64,000 nucleotides of DNA from Lytechinus pictus (lineage: Eukaryota), in assembly GCF_037042905.1 (NCBI RefSeq), contig NC_087247.1, forward strand, positions 59,520,001-59,584,000. Reading direction: 5' to 3'. The position numbers were made by a program, and so were the translations under genes. Positions 25,901 to 37,779 of this stretch are shown in pieces; the stretch's first letter is position 1; each line of letters opens with the position of its first letter. The notes beneath the pieces are model-generated. The model was not told where the DNA came from, searched no databases, and saw nothing but the letters and a program-made list of their open reading frames with translations.

Positions 25901-27809
25901 CTCCTCAAGCTTGCATGGATTAAACAATGACAGGCACTCTCCTATCTCTCTTTCTTTTGAGCAATTTAATAGCATCAAAATGCTGAGGATGATCCTTTAT
26001 AGTATATGTATAATATAGCTTTAATTCAGCTCTCTTATTTAGCTCCCATGAAAACTTGACTTGCAATTAAAGTTTAAAAATACAAGCAACAAACAAAATA
26101 TATCAGGGAAGGAAATTAACAGGTTTTTGAACATTTTTTTCTTCTTTCAGGTATGTGTTTTTCTTTCAACTGCCATACTTGCCAGAGATGTTGCTGTCAA
26201 TGGGTGATTATATAATACTCCAGAAACATTGCATGAAGGGCCCAACAACTGAGGAAGATATAGAAGCCTTCAAATTTGCTCTTTCAAGACCAGGCAAGAA
26301 ATATTATGTAACTTATTTTTTCCCTTTAACTTATTTGATATATCTACTGGGAAGATATATGAAGAAATTTCTTTTCCATTTTCAAGAGCTCTTCAAAGCC
26401 TGCTTTACATGTGATCAGATTTGACTTCCCGTTCTTCTGTATTTTAAGCCCTACATGTATATCTAAATAATCCACACTGTACTGCACTCAGCTCAGGTGA
26501 GGTAAATTATCATCCAAAGTCTCTTTGGAAGTGCTTATAGATGTATGGTATATATCGTTGATGGTCATCTGAACCGTCGTATCACACATAAGACGGTGCA
26601 AACCCATTTCAGAGAAAATTGACTTCAAAGTTCACTATAATTTTCACACTCAGTTCCCAAGCCTTACATCATATTCATTGCAAGAAAAATACATGGTTGG
26701 AAAGACCAAGACAATTGCTTGACATTGATATCTTTATTTCTATACAAAACCAAGGATCAGAGAAGGTATCGCAAAAGCAAAAGAGATACAATTGTAATTT
26801 TGGTTTGAGTGGTTTAGATTTTTCTTGTACAAAAACGCCATAGGCGATACAACAACCCTGACTGCGATTTAAATGCATGCGGCCAGTCAAAACATATCGC
26901 TTTTTCACGGGCAAAGACAATGCAGTGCCCATACGACGGTTTGGCGGACCGCGCATTTGCATATTGAGTGCGTACAGTTGTTGTTTGCTTTGCTACAGTA
27001 CACGTTTCCAACGGGATTTGCGCATTTTATAAACAATTTTCCTGGCATTGCCATGGAAAACCCCTCATATCTCAGAAACTAAAATAAATTGCTGCCTAGA
27101 AATTTAGTTATGAACAGAATAGCCTGAATAGGACTTGTACATTTCATTTTCTGCAAAAATCTAAAAATCAACTTTTCGACCAAAATTAACTGATATGACG
27201 GTTTGGATAAACGCCGACGATATACACTACAGAAGAACTGAATATCATAGTGTAGTAGGTTTCACGGTACACCATGTATCTTTCTTGGGCAAGTGTTGGT
27301 CCTGAAAGGACCACCCAATCTCGACGTTTCGACAAGTGTGTTCTGAGGATGACAAGAACACACTTGTCGAAACGTCGAGATTGGGTGGTCCTTTTCAGGA
27401 CCAACACTTGCCCAAGAAAGATACATGGTGTACCGTGAAACCTACTACACTATTCTTCTTCGCCATGGAAACCTTCAGAAGTTATAACGGAATATCATCA
27501 TTATATGAATGAGACTGCCCATTTTAATTGTGAAGCCTTGTTTTTTTCACTACAGGGAGAGTGACTACATTTCTAAACTACTACAGGAATGCAGCACATG
27601 AATTTTTCCATGGAACAGGTTATGTCACCACACCTACTCTTCTCATCTGGGCCACGTCACACTATGCTCTTGACAACAAGCTGGTGGATAAAACAGAAAG
27701 ACTTTGTCGTCAATTAATTGTAGAAAGAATAGAAAATGGTGATGTGCTGGTGCACCAGGAACAGCCTGACATTGTCAACAGACTCATCAAAAAATATCTT
27801 GTAGAGTAA
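22937..27809 (+). CDS. Epoxide hydrolase 3/4-like alpha/beta hydrolase, copy 1 (337 aa; altered catalytic triad)
   Basis: Exons 22937-23143, 23850-23974, 24580-24662, 25536-25737, 26151-26293 (GC donor), 27556-27809 = 1014 nt with an open frame. N-terminal hydrophobic anchor, [15 protein letters not shown], DMRGxGES, GHDWGG, SWY and NYYRN are present. C-terminus reads WATSH and ENGDVLVHQ instead of WGTGD and EGGxH. Confidence 0.9.
24984..25250 (+). mobile_element. tRNA-derived SINE (family B), more complete copy
   Basis: A box TGGCTCCGTTGGTAGAGCG, B box GGTTCAAACC. Homologous to 8705-8950. Confidence 0.8.
26551..27224. mobile_element. Older TA-flanked MITE in EPHX copy 1 intron 5
   Basis: Imperfect ~34-bp IR: TATATCGTTGATGGTCATCTGAACCGTCGTATCA versus the reverse complement of the right end, TATATCGTCGGCGTTTATCCAAACCGTCATATCA. 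Confidence 0.5.
27249..27489 (+). mobile_element. Penelope-like element remnant: inverted plus direct pseudo-LTR hairpin with a hammerhead-type core
   Basis: ~98-bp near-perfect inverted arms (27247-27344 / 27355-27453). CTGAGGAT-GACAAG-AACACA-CTTGTC-GAAACGTC core at 27343-27376. Flanking 9-bp direct repeat GAATATCAT (27240-27248 / 27490-27498). Confidence 0.65.
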
Positions 27810-29548
27810 TTTTTTTTACTATGCTTTCCTGTAAATAGCTTGTAAGCGAAGTTTAGTACAATTTCCTCATTAATAATCTAGTCAATGTTTTCTTTTATTT
27901 CTTTGAAATATTTCTCTTTAGTTTTGCATATTAGCAATATACAATAATGAATAATCTTTGTTGGTGAATCATTAAATACTATTATCATCTATGTAGAGCG
28001 TTTTAGCGTATTTTGGTCTGCATCAATTGCCCGTGGAGTATCAGAGCATATCCCTAAAAAGGACCAAAATCCGACGAATATTCCACAGGCTCCTGTACAA
28101 AGCTTGCCGTTGAATATGAGACCGTATTCGACAGTCTACTGCGCATGCCCGAATGCATGAAATATACAACGCGTACAACAATGAAACCAATGCAATGCAT
28201 AGAGCACAATGACACTCACTGATGTCATAATGAACTATACGTATAAAGTCGCATGACGACAACATTTATCCTACTGAAGTGATGATGCCATAATGTGATA
28301 AGTGATATGACTTGTTCAACCAAAATTCTCTCTCTTTTTTTTGTTTCAATGAAACAGTCCTGACAACCCTTGTACATTTGGAGAAAATTCTAGGTCATTT
28401 TAAAACTACTTATCCTACTTCCCTAATTTATATATATTGCCATCATATATCATACTAAAAGTGAATGCTGTGAGGAAGAGACAGAGAGAGAAAAAAAACA
28501 TCTGCATGTGTTTAAAAATTGCAAGATTCTAATGACTGAATAAAGATCAAACAATATTATCAGTTTAAATAAATGATAACTTGAACAGCTAGAAGCAAAA
28601 TTGAACTTTGTACAGTACTCTTTAATTTGACCAGTGTTTGTTAGATATAACAGGAGTATGAGAAATAATGACTGCACATATACCCTTTAATAGTATCATA
28701 TCTACATGTAGATAAGGTTGTACAGTATCAATATCACAAGTCTTTCCTATATTTAATAGATAGTTAATACAGAAATATAATCTGTTTAGTGTTTGTACTC
28801 CACAGAGTGACATAGTGATTTTACAGGCTACATTGTTTATTGTATTTATAGTCACAAGGATTCTAAGCACAGGTCAGTTTTAACGTGGTTATTTTTATTT
28901 GTTATTTATAGAAAGTACTCAACTCATTTCATCATAGCATGAAATCATGGTGAAATCAAACTGAGATCTCTCTAGAATACATAAAGACCCACATGGGCAT
29001 ATTAAAACAAAAAGTTAGAAGGAACAAAAAAATGAATGAAGATATGAAGTACTACATGTACATGTAGTCTAGTATTAAAATGCCAGAGTTTTATAAATAA
29101 TTGCATTTTTGTTTCTAAACACTGTATGGAAAATTGCTAACTATCTTCTCTTTGAATATGGCAATTACATTTTTTAAGAACAACCATATAATGCTTGTTA
29201 CGTGCTATACGAAAGAAAGACTGAAAAGACAAGCTTGCATTGAAAATGAGAAAGATCGTTCATCCTTGTTTTTTAAATAACTTAATTTTTCATGGCTTAA
29301 CTTCTCACAAATTGTTTTCCAAAAAAATTCTTTGAAAAAATATTGTCCAGCAAGAGGAAAAGTTTTTTTTTTTTTTAAAACCTGACAATTTTATCACCCA
29401 GAATGAATATTGCTATATATACACTGTACTAAGTACTATCAATTATCTATATGAGATTAATTTTGAATCACTTTCATGCAGATTTCCCTTTTGCAATCGC
29501 TATGGTTTGATGAATTTGCCATCTAGACTCCTAAACGTTAGTGTGAGA

Positions 29549-32500
29549 ATGAGCATTTTGAAATATAGCTGTGTGAGGACCTTGTACTACCTACCAATGT
29601 ACATCTTGGTCATTCCTGTGGTAATATTCATTGTCCTGAAAGGATTGTTACGTCATGGACCATGCTGGCTGTTTTATAAGAAAGAAAGATTAGAGAGACC
29701 AGCTTGCATGGATGATCCACAGCTTGGAAACCATAAGTTTGTCCAAGTCAAGGCAAGTGTCCATTAAAGTTTTATTAGCTCTATATTTCAAAATTATTAT
29801 CATTATATTTTTTGGGGGGAGGGGCTACTTTTCTTCTGCAACATTGGATATGCTTTAATCTTAACATAGCAGTAAATCAGGATTTTCTGGGACTTTTTTT
29901 ATGTCTGAGGGCTCTTTTGAGCATTTCAGGGGCAAATGGCCCAGAGCCTCCAAGTAATTATTTCCCTGCAAGCAAGATATCGTAACCAGAAGAAACGAGG
30001 GGCAAATCGCCCTGAGCCTCCAAGTAATTATTTCCCTGCAAGGTATCGTAACCACAAGAAATGAAGGGGCAAATCGCCCTGAGCCTCCAAGTAATTATTT
30101 CCCTGCAAGCAAGGTATCGTAACCAGAAGAAATGAAGGGGCAAATCGCCCTGAGCCTCCAAGTAATTATTTCCCTGCAAGCAAGGTATCGTAACCAGAAG
30201 AAATGAAGATGACGGGTGTAGGGGCAAATTTGCTGGTTGTTAGGCCAACTTAAGTATTTCACTTAAATAATCATTCATGACTAGTGTCTTTATCACCGAA
30301 ACAGTTTTAAAGAAAGGTCAGAAAACTTAAAATTCCCTGGTCACAGAAATACAACATTAGCACGTGATTGAATGTTTCCTAGGTCTCAAGTAATCCTGAG
30401 CTACAAATTCTACAAGTTTAAACATTTAACAAAAAACATAAAGACACTGATGCATATGGAGGCTACAAAGTGTCTTTTTGGTGTTTATAATCCTATGTGA
30501 CAGCAATTACTTCACAACTTGTTAGGAGAGCTCTCACTGTTCTGTGTACCCTGCTATGTACCTCTTGACTGAAAATGATACGTCACTATAATTTGCAATT
30601 TCACTTGCATAAAACTTAACTTCATAAGATGACTTGAATACTGGAATACATATGGAGTCTTTAAATTATAGCGTTTATTCCAATAATATTTAATTCTTCT
30701 ACTTTAGGACATAAAGCTTCATATTGTAGAGTCAGGTGATCCTAAGAATCCTTTGATGTTATTTCTACATGGCTTTCCAGAATGCTGGTATTCATGGAGA
30801 CATCAGATCAGAACATTCAATAAAGATTATCAGTAAGTATAACCATGCATGATATAACTGTGCCTGAAACACAATCAGAAAGACAAAAAACTTCTTAGGT
30901 TCACCAAGATATCTGAAAGTCAATCCAAAATCTGATCCAAAGAAATACTCCAAAAATGCCGAACAAATCTGACATATAATTAATAAAATGCTGAAGGCAA
31001 TATGAATTATAAACATTAATTCTTATGAAGGTTAAACATTGCAAACACAATGATATTGACAGCCTTCTTTTTTCTTGAAAATCAATTGAAAAATATCCAG
31101 TATCTACTTTTCTGTGAACAAACAATACAAACCATTGACATGCTTGCAATCTCTACTTAGCTGTGTAGCCATTGATATGAGAGGTGTTGGTGAATCAGAT
31201 GGTCCTCCAGGAAAGATGAACTATACTTGTGACCTTATCACAGGTGAGCTACAACCTTTGTTTCATACATGTATATCATATCCACTTGTTCTGTATCACT
31301 TGTTTGTAATTTTGCGTAATTTTTGACCTATTTTCAAATTTACAGAGGTAACATCCTTAAAAACTCTATTTTATTTGTAGAAAACAATGTTTTTATAAGT
31401 AGAAACAATTTTTTATGATAATAGCCAATTGAAAGAAAATGATCCATCCTCATTCATAAACTTAAATTAGGACCTACTCTTAAAATATTCCCAATCATTA
31501 ATTGATAAACTGAAGAAGATAATAATAATTGGCATTTATATAGCGCTTTATCAATCTACGACTGTTCAAAGCGCTTCACAATTATTATTACCCGGTCACT
31601 GGATTCATAGCATTTCAAGCAGCCTGTTAGGCGCACACTTGCTAAACCAACCACAATGACGGTTGTTTCCTACCGGAACCCAATTAGCACCTGGGTGAGA
31701 GTGGCAAAGTGTGGATTGACGCCTTGCCAAAGGGCGCTAGGCCATGGTGGGATTCGAACACACGACCCTCTGATTACAAGACGAGAGTCAGAACCGCTAC
31801 ACCACGGTGATTCCACAAGATCCATTCTAAGTATGAATATACCTCTAATACCCTCTTCACACTGGTTTTAAAATTTATCCTGGTGCTGTTGAGGGAGGGC
31901 GGCACCGCTATAAACCCGCTATAAATGCATTCAGAGTAGAAAAGTTATCCAGGCACAGTCCTGAGATAAATTTCATGTATCCGTTCACACTGCAGCAGGT
32001 GATTTTTTATGACCTTGGTAACAAAACACGTGTAGGCTTGTGACCCAGTGAGTGACCTGACTTTGATACACCGGAAATATTTGAGGGTGGGGAATGGAAC
32101 CCACGTCCTTCATATTGAAAGACGAGAGTCATGACCACTAAACCACGATGCCCCCACATTATAGTAAAGATATCACAAGTGGTTTATCCCGGAGTTGTAG
32201 CGGTGTGCCTTCACACTGAATGAACACCGCGACAGTCGCAGGGCTGTCCCCGCTGCTATTACTATGGCTTGCGAATAGCGATAGTTTGTTGCAGAGTTAT
32301 AGGGAGGCGAGGTTATCCCGGGGTAGTTTATTGCAGGTCCGAGAATTCACACTGAAGGCAACACTGCTACAGTCTCAGGACAGTCTCGGTACTGAAGCTG
32401 TGATTGAGGCCGTGTGAAGACTGTATACTATAAAAGAGCAAATTGTCCTTGTAACTTCTGAAGGTTTCATGGTGAAGAAGAAGAGTGTATTGACTTTACG

Positions 32501-35338
32501 GTACACCATGTATCTTTTGTGGATATATATATAGGCCACGAAAGATACACCACTACAATTAGTTCATGAGTTAACATTTTTGTGAAAACAGATAATTATC
32601 CTTTTATTTCTCAAATACAGGAGATGTGTGTGAACTGATCCATGTTCTAGGACATGAGACATGTATCTTGATAGGACATGACTGGGGTGGATTGATAGGA
32701 TGGAAGTTTGCTGCACAGTATCCTGAAATGGTGGATAAATATATAGCAATGAATATACCACACCCTGATAGATTCAATGAGCTTGTATCATTATACTTGC
32801 CACAAATAATCAAGTCATGGTGAGCAACAGCTAAGACAATTAAAATTCTATATGCAATAGGTAGCTCCCCCCATCTTAGCCTAAAATTCAATTAAGTAAT
32901 CTAGTACCAAGGTAATTATAATGAAGATGATAATGATGACAATCTTTTAAAGATAAAACAGCCATCCAAAATCAATTTAGGCTTTGGTGTAATGTATGTG
33001 CTTTAATGTGGTCACTGTCAAATGTTCAACTAGAGAAGCATTATTCCCGACCTTTCGTTGGAGAACGCGAACGTTTATTTACGACAGTAGTTGATTTTGG
33101 AAGAGACTTTTGGGCCTGTCGTCATGGTCGTAAAACTCTGTCCTGCAATGCAAATTGTGTGACATGAGATTTTTTTTTGTTTCGCATCTGCAACGGAAAC
33201 ATTCAATATGCGTTTCGTGTGCAAAATTCTGGTTGCTACTATGGTAACAGCGATATATCCGATTTAGGACGACTTTCCAGAGCCACATTTTGTTCCTCCC
33301 AGAGCTCGAGAGGCCGCCCGGGGGGCCCACTTCCATTGACGAGTGGATACCAGGCGCGACCACGCGTAAAAGGGGACAGAGTGGGCAAGTAGGTTACGTA
33401 TATAGGCCTTTGTAATGTTATAAGGGTGTCAAAAACGATGTTTAAAATACTGAAAAAAGTGATATATTTCCAATACTTGTAGGGTTTCACAAGCCAAATA
33501 CTTAAGAGATGCATTTTCATAATCTGGAAAAGCCTTGCTTCCCTTGTTTAGGGTGCTTTTTGAAACCGCATGGTCGTGCCTGGTATCCACTCATCAATGG
33601 AAGTGGTCCCCCCGGGAATTTGAATCTAATCCCCCATTTCTGGGGAAAGTAGAACATGATGCACATTACATTGTGTGCTAGAGGCATATCGTTTGTGTAG
33701 AAGGAGTAAACAAAAGAAAAAAAAACGCAATTTCGGCTGGTATTCAGACGTATACATGCTGTGTAGATATCAACGCATGCAAAATGGTTTCTGCTGGAGA
33801 GGTCATCTGACCCATGGAATCAATTGCCAGTGATCCACCAATAATCCACATTAAATACAATATTGATTCGATGGACTGTAATGATCTATATCTAAGCCTT
33901 AATTCAGTAAGTTTTTCCTCACTCAATATGTACTCGATTTGTTTGAAAAACCACTTTCTTATCCATGTCATAATCTATTGTGGGCCCTGCATTTCGATAT
34001 CTCCAGCCAGCTGTCATAGCTAGTAGAGGTTCGCCGCCGGCTCAAGGGGCATATACGATGATGACCAGACGTACACATGCATGAAAACGGGTGTCGCGTG
34101 AAAGAAATTTGCACACGAATAGCAGATCTACAAAGCAATGAATGTAGAACAGATTTGTACGATTGATTCTATTGATTATAATGTACAATTACTCGTTAAA
34201 ATCGAATGTACGATTAATCGTTGATTTTTTGTGTTAGGGGACCCTAATCTTACCGTCCATGAGGTTTGCGAGAGGTGGCTATTTCCATTCTGAAGAGGTA
34301 CAATAATATAGCCAATGATCCATATGAAATACTGTAGTGATACTTTTCACTAGGCCTATAAATAATTGATCCACCGTATAATGGATAAATCTTTTCTGTT
34401 TGAAACTGTTTGACAGGTACATATTTTTCTTCCAAATGCCATGGTTCCCTGAAAGGGGAGTACAGATGGGAGATTACAACATGATCAATGAAGAATGTAA
34501 ACATGGCGAAACTACTGATGAAGATATTGAAGCATTCAAGTATTCTATATCAAGACCAGGTAATCACATTTTTCCTGGGTGACTTGGTATTGTAAAGTCA
34601 GAATGAGCAGTTTAGATATTATGTGCGAGTGATTCGGTGGTGTGGGTTTGTTTGGTGGTGTGCAGTATCTATATGAGTAAATTGACACAATAGACATCAA
34701 ATTGGACTGATATTCCACATATCATTGATTAACAAATAACAAGTATCTAGTTACTTTCTAGCAGACTGATTAAATCCTGATCATATCAATTATTAATTTA
34801 TTAGAGTCAAGAAATTCAAAGAACAAAGAAAGCAAAACAAAAACTAGAAAAGCCATATTCTTTAATTTCCCTTAAAAATAAAATATGACAAATAGAAAAT
34901 GAAGATTGCATTTTTTTAAATGAAAATTCAACATAGTTTTCATTTGAAAAATTCACCTATGGTAGAAGACGTACTGCTGTACCAAAGAAACTTATAAATA
35001 AACTTTTTAAAAGTCTATACTACAGCTGAACTGTACATGATTGATACTGATCTGATTTTCTTATAGATCGTCTGCATACCTTCATGAACTACTACCGTAA
35101 TGAACTTACTCTGATCTTCACCAAAACTGGAGTGGTTAAGACACCAACTCTGCTCATTTGGGGGACAGGAGATGATTACCTTCACACCCGTCTTTCTTAT
35201 GACACTGAGAAATTCTGCCCAAATCTGAAGGTGGAGCGTATAGAGGGCGGCAATCACTTCATCCAACAGGAGCAGCCGGATCTTGTCAATCAGCTGATGA
35301 AAAAATATTTGGAGAAAGAAATTACTCTTGAAATATGA
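29549..35338 (+). CDS. Epoxide hydrolase 3/4-like alpha/beta hydrolase, copy 2 (341 aa)
   Basis: Exons 29549-29752 (GC donor; an in-frame upstream ATG at 29510 is possible), 30708-30832, 31161-31243, 32621-32819, 34417-34559, 35067-35338 = 1026 nt. HGFP, GHDWGG, NYYRN, WGTGD and EGGNH are all intact. Confidence 0.9.
29929..30227. repeat. Minisatellite, ~70-bp unit, about 4 copies, in EPHX copy 2 intron 1
   Basis: Unit GGGGCAAATCGCCCTGAGCCTCCAAGTAATTATTTCCCTGCAAGCAAGGTATCGTAACCAGAAGAAATGAA, starting at about 29929, 29999, 30066 and 30137. Confidence 0.95.
31519..31816 (-). mobile_element. tRNA-derived SINE (family A relative)
   Basis: Minus-strand A box GTGGTGTAGCGG, B box GTTCGAATCCC, CCAGGTG..AATTGGGTTCCGGTAGGAA core, TTA tail. 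Similar to 6318-6599. Confidence 0.75.
32452..32550 (-). mobile_element. Short diverged second copy of the Penelope-like 3' end
   Basis: Reverse complement ATACATGGTGTACCGT...TTCTTCTTCACCATGAAACCTTCAGAAGTTA matches 27421-27484. Confidence 0.6.
33317..33616. mobile_element. 300-bp MITE with CCCGGG termini
   Basis: ~46-bp IR CCCGGGGGGCCCACTTCCATTGACGAGTGGATACCAGGCGCGACCA / TGGTCGTGCCTGGTATCCACTCATCAATGGAAGTGGTCCCCCCGGG. No clear TSD. Confidence 0.75.
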
Positions 35339-37779
35339 AGCAACATTTCAGAGTTTTTAAAGTTGCTTTTAACTATTGTTTCGTTATTAGGTTATATTGA
35401 CACAGTACATAGCTCATAGTGATGAATGTTTGAATGATAAAATATGCACATTTTACAATCATACTTACTTCAATCATTGATAATTTGAGAGTTTTGATTA
35501 CTTAGTGTCTTCTTTGCTATTCTCATGTATAAACTGCTTGTAACATCCATTTCTGTTTAATTCAATTATATACTTTTTTTTTTCAATATCACATAATCTG
35601 TGCTGTATCTTAATTATCCATGTACATATTGATATTGAAATGTAAACAAAATGACTTCCTATTTTTAATGATGGACAAGAAATAAATACATAAACTTATA
35701 TACAAATTCAAAAATTGATACAATTTTCATGGGGGAAAAAGTACCGGAGAATGCATTATAGTTTTTTTCCCGTTTTATCAGGCTTTTGTAATAAACCTGA
35801 GAATGTTGTACTTTAGTGTATTTTCCCCTTAATGTTCAAGACCTAAGATTATATTAATGATCCATGAATGCAGATATACAATGAAATTTAGCATCCAATG
35901 GCTTTCAAATATATATTTTTTTTAATGTGGAAAATTCAAAATACATGTGATAACAAAACTTTTTAAAAAATTCAAATAATTCAATTATGGTCAATTTCTT
36001 TGGAATAATCTCAAACCTGTCTTTAAAATTCTAGTTACATACTCTATATTTAAACACAAATTGAAACTTCTATCCTAAACATATACCTGAATAATAATCC
36101 CTCGGCTCCCTAGTGTTCTTCAAAAGCATCATCAGTTCACCCTAATTTTTTCTTTCTTTTTAAGTATATCTCTTTCTATTTTTTGTTTATATATATTTTA
36201 ACAAATTGACAATACCTATAATTTATTCAGAGGGAATCTTCAAATTATAAGCTCTGCCTTTAGTTTACCTTTCATGCATGTTCTCATCTTCATGTCTATA
36301 TCCAATGTGCAATTCCATACAAGTACGTTTTAACAGTCTTATTTCTACTGAAATATTGTAATGCACTATTTTATCATTAACATTTTTTTCTTGTTGAATG
36401 ATATATTGTAATATACTTTGTTAGATATGAAAATAAACCAAACTGAAACTGAGTGAATTTTTGTAATAACTGTACCCCTTCAAATTAATGTCAAAAGTAC
36501 GTGGATCATATTTGCATCTAAATTTACTTGCATTTGTTTATACATGCTCTATTCATTTTCCAAGCTACATCAATACCTCATATCATAACAAGATGAAATA
36601 TTGTATAAGCTTCTGACATTGAAGTAGAACATTCAACTTAAGAATGGGATTTCATATTTTCTTTCTAAGTAGCTATAGAAGTATTCAAATACCATGCAAG
36701 AACACTCTCTTGAAGATCTAATCATTTAGATGTACAGAACCTTCATCCTCAAATGCTTTTGCTTGAAAGAAAAATAATATCGTACCAGTAGACATTGAAC
36801 TTCACGTGAGCACCCCATAATTCCATAAATTGGTATTTTCTCAAAGATTCACCAACATATTCTTGTTTTTTAAGATCAACTTATCATCTGGGTAAACTTC
36901 CTTTCACTATAAAAATAATTCAGAATCCTTCTGGATCAATTACTGCAAAAAGGGTAATGGTACTTGTAAGACTGGGGAAGACACGCATGCTGAGTACCTA
37001 GGGAGCTCTTTGAAAGAAAAAAAAAAACCCACATCATTGGTGAGGCGACTTGCTATTCAAAGAATGGACTTTGATCAAAGAAGTGTGTACAGTCCCGATA
37101 TCTAGATCCCGATCCCAATTATGGAGGTGGATTCTTTCTTCTCGCTGAAATATGATTTATGAAATCTCTTTCATTTTGGAGGAGGTATTCTTCAGATGAG
37201 GTATGAAGCTTTTTGTCTGATTTAATAATCATAAACTAGAGAAACATTTTACAAAATTACTTAGGAAATCTTTTGAAGACTCTTTAAGGAAAGGAAATAC
37301 GAATTAGGAGGAAAATGAGGAGGGGGGGGGGGGGGAGAAGGAGATCGATTGATGAGAGAAGAAGAGAGAGGAGGGGAGGGGAGAAGGAGGGGGATTGAGA
37401 GGAGAAAAAGAAAATAAAGAAAAGGATGTAGAAAAAATAAGAACAAGAAGATAGCTGAAAAAATAAGATTTTAAAGTCCACATTTCTAAATTCTAATCTG
37501 AATAAAACATTAAACACTAGTAGGTATTGTTTAAATAAGGAACTTCCATGGCATGCATATATTGACACAACCTCTAACAGAAAGGTATATTTCTTTGTAT
37601 TGACGATCAAGTGAATGCCATTCATATAGCACATGTTCACTGAGGTAGTCAGACACCCACCCATTCAGAAAGACATGCATTCAGGACCTCTATTTCTTGC
37701 ACATCATATATAGTACTGTAGCTATACTGCAAAGGTGATCTTATTTTCAACAATAATATCATTTTGTAAAGCTTCGATC

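Noticed and set aside
29929-30227. Regular repeats resembling a CRISPR array (also 61380-62165)
   Set aside because: Units are contiguous with no unique spacers, there are no cas genes, and the context is eukaryotic.
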